A stretch of DNA of 64,000 nucleotides from Thermoproteota archaeon (GTDB lineage Archaea > Korarchaeota > Korarchaeia > Korarchaeales > Korarchaeaceae). The stretch lies in NCBI GenBank assembly GCA_027491415.1, contig JAOZFH010000063.1:32001-96000 (forward strand). Direction: 5' to 3'. A program made the translations under genes and the position numbers. This document shows, piece by piece, positions 48,414-57,784 of the stretch (its first letter is position 1; every line of letters begins with the position of its first letter). The notes under the pieces are model-generated. The model made no database searches. It worked only from the letters and a program-made list of their open reading frames with translations, and was not told the origin of the DNA.

Positions 48414-49574
48414 TCAGGCGTGGATCTCTATTACGTCTCCGTCTTCGAGCTCGAAATCGGCGCCCACCCTCATGGGGCTGTAGGGCAGCCTGGAGCTCCA
48501 GACCTTGGCGTACTTGAATCGCCTGTACAGGTGCTCGTGTATGGCCCTCGCCGCGTCGGCGACCGTGGACCCCCTCTCCAAGATGAGGGCCTTCTCTGAG
48601 GGCTCCTTCCTCCCGACTGGCTTGGTGAATATCCTTATGACGCCCGTGAGGTCCAGGACCAGCTCGCCCAACTCCTCTCTGTCGGGGGGCTCTCTGGGGG
48701 AGATCGGGACCACGGGCATGAGGTGCCCAAACTCCTCCCTCACCCTCTCGAGCCCCTCGGTAGTGAGGTCGCACCTGGTGACAAAGACCAGGGCTGGCTT
48801 GTACCTTTTCTCTCCCAGGAGGGCCTCTTCCACGTCCGAGAGGCGAACCCTGCCGTCTATCTCCACGATAACCCTGTCCATTCCGTAGGACTCTAAGAGC
48901 CTCCTGACGTCGGCCTCGGTCCCGTCGACTATGGCCCCCCTTCTCCTCACTATTATGCTATCTACGCCCCTGGACCTGACTATCCTAACCTTCCCCTCCG
49001 GCCTACCGACCTTTATGCCAGCAGACTCCACTATTGTCAGGAGGTCCCTCAGGTCGCCGACCGGGTCTCTGGAGCCATCGACCACGAACCCTATCGCGTC
49101 GGCGTTCCCAGCGAGCCCGAGGGCCAGTCTAGTGAGGTGCCCACCCTCTCTCAGGACAGGTGGAGCCTCAACGAAGTGTATCTGGGCGCCCCTGAACTCC
49201 ATCATTCCCTCCTCGGGCCTGCCGACGGTTGTGAATGGGGCGGGGGATACCTCGGGCCTCGCGTTGGTCAGCACGCTCAGCACGGTGCTCCTGCCCGAGT
49301 TGGTGAACCCCAGGAGCACGACTTGGGCCGCCCCCTTCTTCTCGACGAATATCCCTGGGCCCCCGCGCCTCGCCTTCCTCGCCCTTTTGCGCTCGATCTC
49401 CTCCCTGAGCTCGGCCATCTTCCTCCTGAGGAACTTCTCCATCTTCTCCGTGCCCTTGTGCTTGGGCATGAGGGCCATGAACTCTTGGAGCTTCCTCAGC
49501 TTCTCCTCCGGGGTCTTGACCCTCCTGTACTCCTCGAACTTCGCCCAGGCCTCGGGCGGTATGTTGGTGGGCAA
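48414..49574 (-). CDS. DRG/OBG-family GTP-binding protein with TGS domain (degenerate G motifs)
   Basis: PKHKGTEK, GFTNSGRS, PFTT, C-terminal TGS (TVADAARAIH...LEDGDVIEIH). Confidence 0.85.
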   Translation of the reverse strand: MPTNIPPEAWAKFEEYRRVKTPEEKLRKLQEFMALMPKHKGTEKMEKFLRRKMAELREEIERKRARKARRGGPGIFVEKKGAAQVVLLGFTNSGRSTVLSVLTNARPEVSPAPFTTVGRPEEGMMEFRGAQIHFVEAPPVLREGGHLTRLALGLAGNADAIGFVVDGSRDPVGDLRDLLTIVESAGIKVGRPEGKVRIVRSRGVDSIIVRRRGAIVDGTEADVRRLLESYGMDRVIVEIDGRVRLSDVEEALLGEKRYKPALVFVTRCDLTTEGLERVREEFGHLMPVVPISPREPPDREELGELVLDLTGVIRIFTKPVGRKEPSEKALILERGSTVADAARAIHEHLYRRFKYAKVWSSRLPYSPMRVGADFELEDGDVIEIHA

Positions 49575-49576
49575 CC

Positions 49577-50215
49577 TCAGCCCACCCCCTTTCCCTTACC
49601 CTTCTCTCCCTTCTTCTTGATGTTGAGGACCTCTCCCAGCGTCAGGGGCCTGTCGGGCTGAGGCGGGGCGTAGCTGGGCGCCTCCTCCTCTGGCGGGGGA
49701 CCCCTCGAGATTATCCTTACCTCCAAGATTCTCTCCAGCGTCCGAGCGACCCTGTAGCTGGGCGCGATCTTCTGGGCCTCGATGTTCCTGAGGAGCGAGG
49801 CCTTGATGTTGGCGGCCTCTGCGACCCACTCTACCGTGAGGCCGAGTTCCTGCCTGGCCCTCCTGAGCACCTGCCCGTAGTTCTCCACGAGGGTGAACTC
49901 CCCGGGGCCCGGCTCCCTCCTGGCCCTCCTCCTGGGCTTTGGAGCCTCGACCTTCGGCTTGGCCCCCGCGCCCTTGAGGGGTCGGACCTTCTCGGGGGCC
50001 TCAGCCAGAGGGGCCCTGACGGGCCTCCTGGGCAGGGGAACCTTCTCCCTGCCTTTAGCGGCGGCCCTCCTGCTGGCCTGTATCTTCCTGGCGCAGGAGG
50101 GGCAGACTGTAGCCTTGTATCCGCCCAGGTCGATCACCACAGGCCTCCCGACGAACGTGCCGCCGCAGATCTCGCAGACGTAGACCTGAGACAAGGCTAC
50201 CCTCCAGACGGGCAT
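49577..50215 (-). CDS. Archaeal multiprotein bridging factor aMBF1 (Zn ribbon plus HTH)
   Basis: CEICG...VCPSC, LVENYGQVLRRARQELGLT, LTLGEV. Confidence 0.9.
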   Translation of the reverse strand: MPVWRVALSQVYVCEICGGTFVGRPVVIDLGGYKATVCPSCARKIQASRRAAAKGREKVPLPRRPVRAPLAEAPEKVRPLKGAGAKPKVEAPKPRRRARREPGPGEFTLVENYGQVLRRARQELGLTVEWVAEAANIKASLLRNIEAQKIAPSYRVARTLERILEVRIISRGPPPEEEAPSYAPPQPDRPLTLGEVLNIKKKGEKGKGKGVG

Positions 50216-50256
50216 GCTGGCGGATGGGTATTAAGGGCTTGGGGTTCTAGGCATCG

Positions 50257-51135
50257 ATGTCGTGGTGGGTAATGTCTCTCCTCAAAGCACGGGGGTATCG
50301 TGACATAATTGCAGTAGCGGGTCTTCTCTTGGTAGGTTCGCTGCTCATCAGCGCTACATTCAGCGACTCGCCCAACTCGGCTCAAGAGAAGGCTGAAGCG
50401 GTCGTTGGAGCGTACCCTCAAATATTCACGAGCCAAAAAGGTTTCTTAGGAATGGTGGATGGTGTGAGGGTATACGCAATTCCCGAGGAGTACCTCGGTC
50501 TCATTGAAGATCTTGCTTCGCCCACTCCATCGCAGCCCATCAGGCTTAAAGCAGCAGATCTCGCCAAAATCTGTGATCTCCCCCAGTTTATCTCAGTTTG
50601 TGGCGTGGCAGTCCCAATTCCCAAGGAAATCCCCGAGGAGGTCTCTGTCTACAACCTAACGCTGAGTCAGGATACAGCTGCGCTTTTGTTCTATAACTCG
50701 ATCGAATCTGCTCTAGAAAACCCAGATAGACCAGCTCTAGCGATCTCCATATCTTGCCTAAGCGCCTTCCCCTCGAGAGAGGGGGAGCACGATCCCCAGC
50801 GCGTGCTGAATTCCCTGTCGAATGAGACCCAGTTCGTGGTAGAGGTAGCTAAACTAGCCTGTGGCGTTGACCTAAGCCCGGCAAAGCTTGTTGAAATCAG
50901 TAAGCTGAATGCATGGGCCCTGGTGAAGCCGCGCTGGGAGTACGTCCCGATCATATGGAAGAGGGGAGAGAAGCCCGGCGCGATATACGCCGGGTGCAAG
51001 CCCGGGCCTCTGGCTGGATCCGTGACGCTGATAATACCCTGCGAGGGGTTGTGGTGTGAGTACAGGATCTCCGGGTGGTTTGATGCCGACACCCTGCTCA
51101 AAATTGCGGAGAGCCTAGGACCCCCAGGAGGCTAA
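50257..51135 (+). CDS. Membrane-anchored DUF4367-like protein (third family member)
   Basis: N-terminal TM, VPIPKEIPE, YRISGWFDADTLLKIAESL; lower GC. Confidence 0.6.
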   Translation: MSWWVMSLLKARGYRDIIAVAGLLLVGSLLISATFSDSPNSAQEKAEAVVGAYPQIFTSQKGFLGMVDGVRVYAIPEEYLGLIEDLASPTPSQPIRLKAADLAKICDLPQFISVCGVAVPIPKEIPEEVSVYNLTLSQDTAALLFYNSIESALENPDRPALAISISCLSAFPSREGEHDPQRVLNSLSNETQFVVEVAKLACGVDLSPAKLVEISKLNAWALVKPRWEYVPIIWKRGEKPGAIYAGCKPGPLAGSVTLIIPCEGLWCEYRISGWFDADTLLKIAESLGPPGG

Positions 51136-51271
51136 CCGAGCTCATGAGCGAGCGGACCTGTGGATGAGGCGATGGATCAGGGTGATCCCACAAGGCGCTA
51201 GGAGATCACTCTGCCTGGCCGCGGATGGGAAAGCGATAATAGCTGCCCCGTTTCGACCTCTCTGAGCGCTC

Positions 51272-51760
51272 ATGGAGAGGATCTGGGCCGTCTGGAGGGC
51301 TGATTACGTCAAGATCGCGGCCAAGGGAGAGTCCGGGTGCATATTCTGTGAGTTGCCAGCAAAGGAAGACGACAGGGAAGCCCTCATACTGGCTAGGGGG
51401 AAGCTGGGGTTCGTCCTGCTGAACCGCTTCCCGTACAACCCCGGCCACCTCATGGTCGCCCCCTACAGGCACGTCCCCTCCCTCGAGGACCTGACCCCGG
51501 AGGAGGCCCTAGAGATCTGGAAGCTCACCGTGAGGGCCATGAGGTCCCTGAGGGAGGCTTTCTCGCCCCACGGGTTCAACGTGGGCGTGAATGTCGGCAG
51601 GGTCGCTGGCGCGGGGTTCGAGGGGCACGTCCACATCCACGTGGTGCCCAGGTGGAACGGGGACACCAACTTCATGCCCGTCGTCGCGAACACGAAGGTC
51701 ATCAGCGAGTCGCTGGAGAGGGTGTACGAGGAGCTGAAGGAGGCGATGGAGGAGACCTAA
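51272..51760 (+). CDS. HIT-family hydrolase
   Basis: CIFC, LNRFPYNPGHLMVAP, HVHIHVVPRW. Confidence 0.95.
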   Translation: MERIWAVWRADYVKIAAKGESGCIFCELPAKEDDREALILARGKLGFVLLNRFPYNPGHLMVAPYRHVPSLEDLTPEEALEIWKLTVRAMRSLREAFSPHGFNVGVNVGRVAGAGFEGHVHIHVVPRWNGDTNFMPVVANTKVISESLERVYEELKEAMEET

Positions 51761-51809
51761 GGCTAAACAGGGAGGATACTGGGTTTGGGGGCCTTTCGCC
51801 TGGTCGGCC

Positions 51810-52175
51810 TCAGTCCACGGGCGCAAGCTTCAACCCATACCTGACGAGCCTCTCGTAGTGCCCCCTGTTCCTGGTCATAAGGGGGAGGTCGTGGGAGATG
51901 GCTGAGGCGGCTACTATTACGTCCCTCTCATCTAGGGGCTCTCCCCTCCTCCTCAAGTCCCTGTAGATCTTCGCGGCGAGCCTCAATACCTCGTTGGAGG
52001 GATAAACTACCTTGAACACCCTCTCGAGTATCTCCTTGACCTCCCCGTAGTCCTCCCTCCCCCTCAGGAACTCGTACAGGGAGATCCAAGATATGAAGAG
52101 GTGTGCCCTGGGGAGGTGTCTCCTCCCCTTCTCAACGTCAATTAGAACGTCGGCGTCGATCATCACCCGCCTCAT
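51810..52175 (-). CDS. PIN-domain (VapC) toxin
   Basis: MIDADVLID, SLYEF, DVIVAASA, MTRNRGHY. Confidence 0.9.
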   Translation of the reverse strand: MRRVMIDADVLIDVEKGRRHLPRAHLFISWISLYEFLRGREDYGEVKEILERVFKVVYPSNEVLRLAAKIYRDLRRRGEPLDERDVIVAASAISHDLPLMTRNRGHYERLVRYGLKLAPVD

Positions 52176-52380
52176 CGTCCATCAGCCTCAGCCGAACCCT
52201 CTCAAACGGGAGATCCCTCCTGTCCGGGGTCTCCCTGAGGAAGGCCTCAGCCGCCTCTATCCTCCGCTCCAGGGCCTCCTCGACCAGCTCCGACAGGAAC
52301 TCGTCCCAGGTCTTCTCGCCCTTCAGGGCCGCGAGCCTCCTCTTCAGATCCTCGCTGACGGTGATGGTTGTCCTGCTCAC
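52138..52380 (-). CDS. VapB-type antitoxin
   Basis: RTTITVSEDLKRRLAALKGEKTWDEFLSEL. Confidence 0.8.
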   Translation of the reverse strand: MSRTTITVSEDLKRRLAALKGEKTWDEFLSELVEEALERRIEAAEAFLRETPDRRDLPFERVRLRLMDDEAGDDRRRRSN

Positions 52381-52745
52381 AAGAATTCGTGAATTCAACC
52401 ATTTTAAGATTAATCGTCGGACGATGGACCCCCCACACACCGAGGCCCAACTCTGAGCGGCCCCCGCGTCGACCCTCGCGGGCTGGCCGTCGGTTGGCTT
52501 GCTACGTGCTGATTTGGATGCCAAGGGCCGTGGGTAAGGCGCGCGTTACCAACGCGCCGGCCACACGAGTCCCGGGAGGTAGGTTGTAGACCTCCAGGGG
52601 TTTTTCACAGAAGGACGATCAGGGAGGTGAGTAGCGCGTGTGGTGTAATGAACATCCCGCCCTCAGTCCACCATCAGGAAGGGCCTAACGTGGTACCTGT
52701 CGTGGAGGCCCCCTGTGGCGGCCGCTGCGGGGCCCGGCTGGGGGG

Positions 52746-53240
52746 TCAGTCCACAACGAGCGCGAGGTTGAACAGGCCGCCGGCAAGCGCGACCAGGGCC
52801 GTCAGGACGTAGCCCGCCTCCCTCCTTCCCTCTCCAAGGAGGCCGGATGCCACGGCGGCGCCGAGGCCCCAGGCCAGGGAGAGGAGGGCGGGCGGGAGGA
52901 GGAGCGGAGTGCCCAGGAGATCCCGCAGGGACTCCGCAAGGCCTTCGGCCAGGATCCAGCGGAGTTCTGGGCACAGGAAGGGGGACGTGAACGTGGAGAA
53001 CACGCCGAGCGATCCCAGGAGGAAGGCCGGGGCTGGCCTCCCCCGCAACCACTCCGAGGAGGCCGCCAACAGGGCCTCGAGCCAGATCAACGAGAGGATC
53101 GGCTGGAAGAGCCTCCCCAGCTCCACGAGGAAGAACGGGCAGTCCCGCCAGCCGCAGGCCAGGGCCCAAGCCAGGGGAGGGAGCAGGATCGTCAGGGCCC
53201 AGGCCGCGGGCAGGCGGCCCGATCTCCGCTCTTCGGGCAC
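52746..53240 (-). CDS. Small multi-TM membrane protein, family A
   Basis: Near-duplicate of 6290..6778. Confidence 0.75.
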   Translation of the reverse strand: MPEERRSGRLPAAWALTILLPPLAWALACGWRDCPFFLVELGRLFQPILSLIWLEALLAASSEWLRGRPAPAFLLGSLGVFSTFTSPFLCPELRWILAEGLAESLRDLLGTPLLLPPALLSLAWGLGAAVASGLLGEGRREAGYVLTALVALAGGLFNLALVVD

Positions 53241-53292
53241 GTTGGCCAGCCCACCGGCATCCCAAAAAAAGGTCGAGGGGCGGGAGTCAGCC

Positions 53293-53821
53293 CTAGGGGT
53301 AGAGCCACTTCGGCGCCCAGCCGTCGTTGTAGTGCTCTGGGTCCCCGGGGCTCCCCTCGGCGTTGTGCAGGTAGACCTGCTCGGCGTAGTCCCAGCCCCA
53401 GAAGGCGTCGGACGCCTCGTCCGTACCCGCCCTTATGGACCTTCCACAGCCTCACGTGGTACCTGTAGTATGTTGGGTGCTCCTTCCTTAGTGAGTAGGC
53501 ATCAGGCCTCCACCCGTAAATCGGGTCGTAGACGTAGTTCGGGTTGCCAGAAGCATAGTCCCACCCGTGGCCAATGAAGGTCGTGTGGACCGTGTAGGGG
53601 TACAGGTCTCCGCTGGACTTCTCCCACGGCAGGTTTATCGGGTCGGCCACGCAGTAGTGGAACCCAGTCTGGCTGGACCCGTAGCGGGCCCAGCTGTACC
53701 TGGGGTAGCTGTAGCGCGCGAGTCTGCTCGGCCAAAAGAGGGAGATCTCCCCTTTGCACGTTACTAGAACGATCCCCACCCCTTTCAGCCGCCTCTCAAC
53801 TACGTTTGGGTTCCCATCCAC
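53293..53821 (-). pseudogene. Decayed LssY_C-like secreted protein
   Basis: ADPINL...HGWD...YVYDPIYGW...RYHVRLWKVHK, then a frame change to DAFWGWDYAEQVYLHN...YNDGWAPKWLYP*. Confidence 0.6.
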
Positions 53822-54003
53822 CTCTAGGAGTTATGCGCTGTTCCTCGCCTCTTACGCTCTTTCCGCTGAGTTTCAGTTCCACCCTCGGATGTCAAAGTGG
53901 CAGGAACGGCTCTCATAGGCGACAGCAGTACACCGGCACCGGGGCATCCTCACGATGCCCGACTCAAGCTTTAAGTAGTGGATGCTGGCACGAGTCGACT
54001 GGT

Positions 54004-54125
54004 GGGGCCGTGGTCTAGCTTGGCAGGATGAGGGCTTCGGGAGCCCTTGGCCAGGGTTCAAAATCCGAACCTCATATGTTCGGATTCCGAACGAGGTTCG
54101 GATGGAAGTCCCTGCGGCCCCACCA
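54004..54125 (+). tRNA. tRNA-Pro(CGG) with non-canonical T-loop intron (59/60; 54063..54108)
   Basis: GGGGCCG/CGGCCCC acceptor plus ACCA; agggc-TT-CGG-GA-gccct arm; BHB formed by helix TTCA/TGGA with AAA and AGT bulges. Confidence 0.9.
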
Positions 54126-54152
54126 CCTCCATTCGAGCCCGAGAGGTTCCGC

Positions 54153-54275
54153 CTAGGGATCAGGCAGCCCCTTCCTGGCTCTCCTGGCCAACTTGTAGGC
54201 GTCCCACGCGGTCAAGATGGGAGCCGCCCCGGTAGACAGGGCCAGGATGGTGGAGACATCGGAAAGAAGCCCCGA
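54153..54275 (-). pseudogene. C-terminal remnant of a 15670..16242 homologue
   Basis: DVSTILALSTGAAPILTAWDAYKLARR vs DATAILAISTGLAPVLSAYDAYKTARR. Confidence 0.7.
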
Positions 54276-54279
54276 GATA

Positions 54280-54516
54280 CCCCGCTCCCAAGTCATGGCC
54301 CTCAGGATCCTCGCCTCGGCCACAAATCGGTTTGAGGTTCCCGTCGCGCTCAAGTTCGGAGTGTGGTCAAGAGAAACCTCGCTGACTTACGAGGCGCTCC
54401 TTCCAGATCGCTTCAGAGACGAAGATGTAGCGAGAGCGATTGAGGCGATGGTCTGGGTATACGGCCGGCTGAGGGAGGTGGGGTTCCCGCTGTTTGGCGT
54501 GAAGGTCCAGTGGTAA
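54280..54516 (+). pseudogene. C-terminal remnant of a family I immunity protein
   Basis: ALRILASATNRFE...LKFG...DEDVARAIEAMVWVYGRLREVGFPL matches 21563..22243. Confidence 0.7.
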
Positions 54517-54581
54517 GAGCCCGTTATAGGAAGTCTAACCGTACTAAGCAGCCAGAATTCGCGTGTTGGAGTCCGTGAGGC

Positions 54582-54992
54582 CTACACCGAGCGCAGGTCT
54601 ATCCAGCCAGACTCGCACCCGGAGTGGGCTCTGTCCGCGCTTAGAATGGGGATTCCCCCGGTCTCCGCAAGAGCCCTGTGCAGGCTGTCGAAGAAGCCCA
54701 TCCCGTCTGACCTTAGCTTCCACGCCCTGACGTGTACCTCTGGCTTCGGCGATGCGACCGATACCCTTCCCATGCGGAGTTCTCTTGCCACGTCTCGCGA
54801 GAACTCCCCGGGATCTTCGACTTCTATCCGCCCGGATAGGATGAGGAGATCAAGCTCTATGAGGCTGTAGGGAGAGAGAAACAACCTGAACCTCTTAAGA
54901 GCCCTGAGAGCGGCCTCGTGGAGCGGATCGGACCTGTTGATGAGTGCTAGGAGGAAGTCCGTCTCAACCAGAGCTGGAGAGGTCTTCTGCAA
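54582..54992 (-). CDS. PIN-domain (VapC) toxin
   Basis: LVETDFLLAL...DPLH, FFDSLH, ILSADR; same subfamily as 161..558. Confidence 0.85.
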   Translation of the reverse strand: MQKTSPALVETDFLLALINRSDPLHEAALRALKRFRLFLSPYSLIELDLLILSGRIEVEDPGEFSRDVARELRMGRVSVASPKPEVHVRAWKLRSDGMGFFDSLHRALAETGGIPILSADRAHSGCESGWIDLRSV

Positions 54993-55200
54993 GCTTCGTC
55001 AGCTCCCCCCTTATCTTCGGAATGTCGACAGAGGTCACTTTGAATTTCGCCCTCTCGATGGGCCTCTCTGGAAGGGGCTCTATGACGATCTTTCCGCGAA
55101 CCAGCCTCATCCTCACCAGCTCCTTCAGACCGGCCCTCTCCCTCATCTCCTTCGGTATTGTAACCCTGCCTCTCCTATCGACTCTTCCCACCGTTTCCAC
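54964..55200 (-). CDS. AbrB-family antitoxin
   Basis: GRVDRRGRVTIPKEMRE; inverted repeat CCCACC/GGTGGG at 55204..55224 upstream. Confidence 0.85.
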   Translation of the reverse strand: METVGRVDRRGRVTIPKEMRERAGLKELVRMRLVRGKIVIEPLPERPIERAKFKVTSVDIPKIRGELTKLAEDLSSSG

Positions 55201-55290
55201 ACGCCCACCATACTGTGAGGTGGGTCTGCAATAATAAAGTTGAGACACCACGGCTACCACCGTAATAGGCATCTTCGTTCCCGAACCGAG

Positions 55291-55827
55291 ATGCCCGCGA
55301 GAGATCTCAGGTCCAAGAGGGTGATCCTGCTCGCTCACTGCCTGCTCAACCAGAACTCCGTGGTCTTCGGTAAGGCCAGGAGGCCCGGGCCGGTCGGGGA
55401 GCTCGTGAAGCTCCTCGTCGACGCGGGAGTAGGCATGGTGCAGCTCCCCTGCCCCGAACTCACCCACTACGGGCTCAGGAGGTTCTGGGCTGTGAAGGAG
55501 CAGTTCGACAATCCGGGATTCAGGGCCCGCTGCCGGAGGATAGCCTCCGAGGTCGCCGAGGTGGTCGGGGAGTACCTCAGGAACGGCTACGAGGTGCTCG
55601 GCTTCGTCGGCGTGAACGGGAGCCCATCCTGCGGTGTCAGAGAGCACGGCAGCGGGGACTGGATGGGGGATCCTAGGGAAGCTGGAGGGTACTCGAGGGA
55701 GCCGGGGCCGGGCATCTTCGTCGAGGAACTCATGAGGGTCTTGAATGTGAGGTTCGAGGAGTGGGACTGGAGGGACGTGGAGGGCTCGCTCGAGAGAATC
55801 GCGGGCTTGATGAGGTCGAGTCAATAG
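55291..55827 (+). CDS. DUF523/TudS-related putative desulfidase
   Basis: AHCLLNQNS, QLPCPE, GVNGSPSCG. Confidence 0.8.
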   Translation: MPARDLRSKRVILLAHCLLNQNSVVFGKARRPGPVGELVKLLVDAGVGMVQLPCPELTHYGLRRFWAVKEQFDNPGFRARCRRIASEVAEVVGEYLRNGYEVLGFVGVNGSPSCGVREHGSGDWMGDPREAGGYSREPGPGIFVEELMRVLNVRFEEWDWRDVEGSLERIAGLMRSSQ

Positions 55828-55858
55828 TTAAATTTCCCGGCGACATCGAGGCTGCGAG

Positions 55859-55935
55859 GGGGCCGTGGTCTAGCTTGGTAGGATGCCGGCCTTGGGAGCC
55901 GGTGGTCGTGGGTTCGAATCCCACCGGCCCCACCA
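55859..55935 (+). tRNA. tRNA-Pro(TGG)
   Basis: GGGGCCG acceptor, ccggc-CT-TGG-GA-gccgg arm, GGTTCGAATCCC, CCA. Confidence 0.95.
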
Positions 55936-56372
55936 TCTCTCGCCCGTGATTCAGTCGGCTGGATCCCCTGCTCCCGCGTTAGTTCACGCAGGCCTCCTGA
56001 CCTGTACATTCCGCTATCCACAGGCCGACGCGGTCGAGATCAGATCGGAACCTGAAGGTGTGTTTTTATTCTTCTCAGGGTTTTTCCCTTTTACAGCGGC
56101 GCCTGGCAAGATTCGGCTAGCCGCATTCTTCGCTGCAGCTGTCCTTCTGATCGCGCTAACCGCGGCCCTACCATCTAGGGGAACACCTCACGGATCACTG
56201 AGGTGCCTCACTCGCTTGAGACCTCTGAGAGGCGGACTCTCAACAGCTCGTCATCTAGCCGCCAGGGCCGCATCCCACGGGCCGATCTCGGACGAATGTA
56301 ACTCACCTATGCGTCCTGTCGAGAAAGAGCAACGTCAGCGCGTGTAGGGCGTATGAGGTTGGAAATGCAACG

Positions 56373-57150
56373 GTGTACGTCCCAGAGGATATCGACCTCT
56401 TCTTCAAGTGGAGGGCCGCGGCCGTGGCGTCGGAGATGGGGGCCGAGGAGCTCAGCCAGAGGATGGACACATTGTTCGATCTTCTAGGGAGAGGGCCCGA
56501 AGGAGATGAGGGCTCTGATAATGAGCCGATTAACGAAACGCTCAGGCTCGTTCACGGCCCGATCAGGAACCTGTCCGTGGACAGGCTCAGGGAGGGGGCG
56601 CTGTTCGTCCTTTATGAGCTGTCGCTTGGGAGGGAGTACGTACTAGCAGCCTGCGATCCCCCCGCGTGTCTCATTTCCGACGGACTGGAGATATCTCTAC
56701 AATTTCGACGGGGCTGGGTGCCTGGTCTAGATAGGCTGCTACAGCTCTCCCACTCCTCGGAGGTACGCCTTCATTGGAGAGACCTGCACGACCACCTACA
56801 CCACCGACATGGACTACTACTGGCAAGAGGCAAATCGATACTGTGATTCAAGCCTACTAAGGTCCATCCAGGTCAAGTGGTTCCACAGGGCTTTAGCGCT
56901 GAGTCCTTACGGTTGGAGGCACGACATCATATGGGAGGGGAACAAGAACTCCAGTGCAGAGTGGTACACATGAAGTGAGCCATGTGAGACTACTACCCCC
57001 TCGTCTGGCTGGTACTATCATCCGCCACAATTACTACTACGTGCTCTATTGCTGCTACCCCCCGAGGTACTACTGCAACACCCACTGTGGAGATTACTGA
57101 TCCGCGTGCGACGAGGATGCGACGCAGCACTTTGTTGGGAGACCCTAGAG
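56373..57150 (+). pseudogene. Decayed, probably secreted Cys/Trp/Tyr-rich protein
   Basis: Listed ORF followed by a coding-like frame from ~56701 with in-frame stops (TCTTTYTTDMDYYWQE...GWRHDIIWEG...EWYT*). Confidence 0.35.
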
Positions 57151-57391
57151 AGAATCTGGAGGGACGCGGTGGTCTCTTAAGTAAAGGGAGCCAGAGGGAC
57201 CGAGCCGAGGGTTCATGTAACCTGCGGGTCGCTGATCCCTGACCCTCCTCAATAGGCCGACAAGCAGCTGATCCAACCTCTTTTCGGCTCTACCATTAGC
57301 GATCTGGGTAAGCATCGATCTACTTGCTGCTCCCTCGCGCGCGGAGACGTCTCCAGAGTGCCGGTTCATAGAGACCGCCTGAGCCAATTCC

Positions 57392-57784
57392 CTACTTGTA
57401 CCAAGTCGCCTTGACGCCTAACACCCGGAAGTGGGGGTCGTCGCTGACCACTATCCCTCTCGTGGACTTGGCCACGGCCGCCACGAGGGCGTCGGCCAAG
57501 GGGACCCCCCTGGCCAGTGTCATCCTCCCCGCCTCGAGGGCCACGCGCTCGTCTATCGGCTCCACCTTGGCTCCGCTCGAGATCCAGACCTTTAGCTTCA
57601 CCTCAGCCGCCTCGGAGCCGAGCCTCCTCCCCGCGACCTTGATGAACTCGGCGACGACGACGGCCGGTATGACGAAGCCCTCTCCCGCCCTTCTGACGAC
57701 GAACTCCCTAAGCTTCTCTCTATCCCGCTCTGTGGGCGGGAAGGTGTAGGCTATGAGGAAGCGGGTGTCGAGTATCAGCGCCAA
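57392..57784 (-). CDS. PIN-domain (VapC) toxin
   Basis: LILDTRFLI, VVAEF, LADALVAA, VSDDPHF. Confidence 0.9.
   Translation of the reverse strand: MALILDTRFLIAYTFPPTERDREKLREFVVRRAGEGFVIPAVVVAEFIKVAGRRLGSEAAEVKLKVWISSGAKVEPIDERVALEAGRMTLARGVPLADALVAAVAKSTRGIVVSDDPHFRVLGVKATWYK

Noticed and set aside
54004-54062. Truncated tRNA-Pro as an attachment-site remnant
   Set aside because: The 3' exon is present after a BHB-bounded intron, so the gene is complete.
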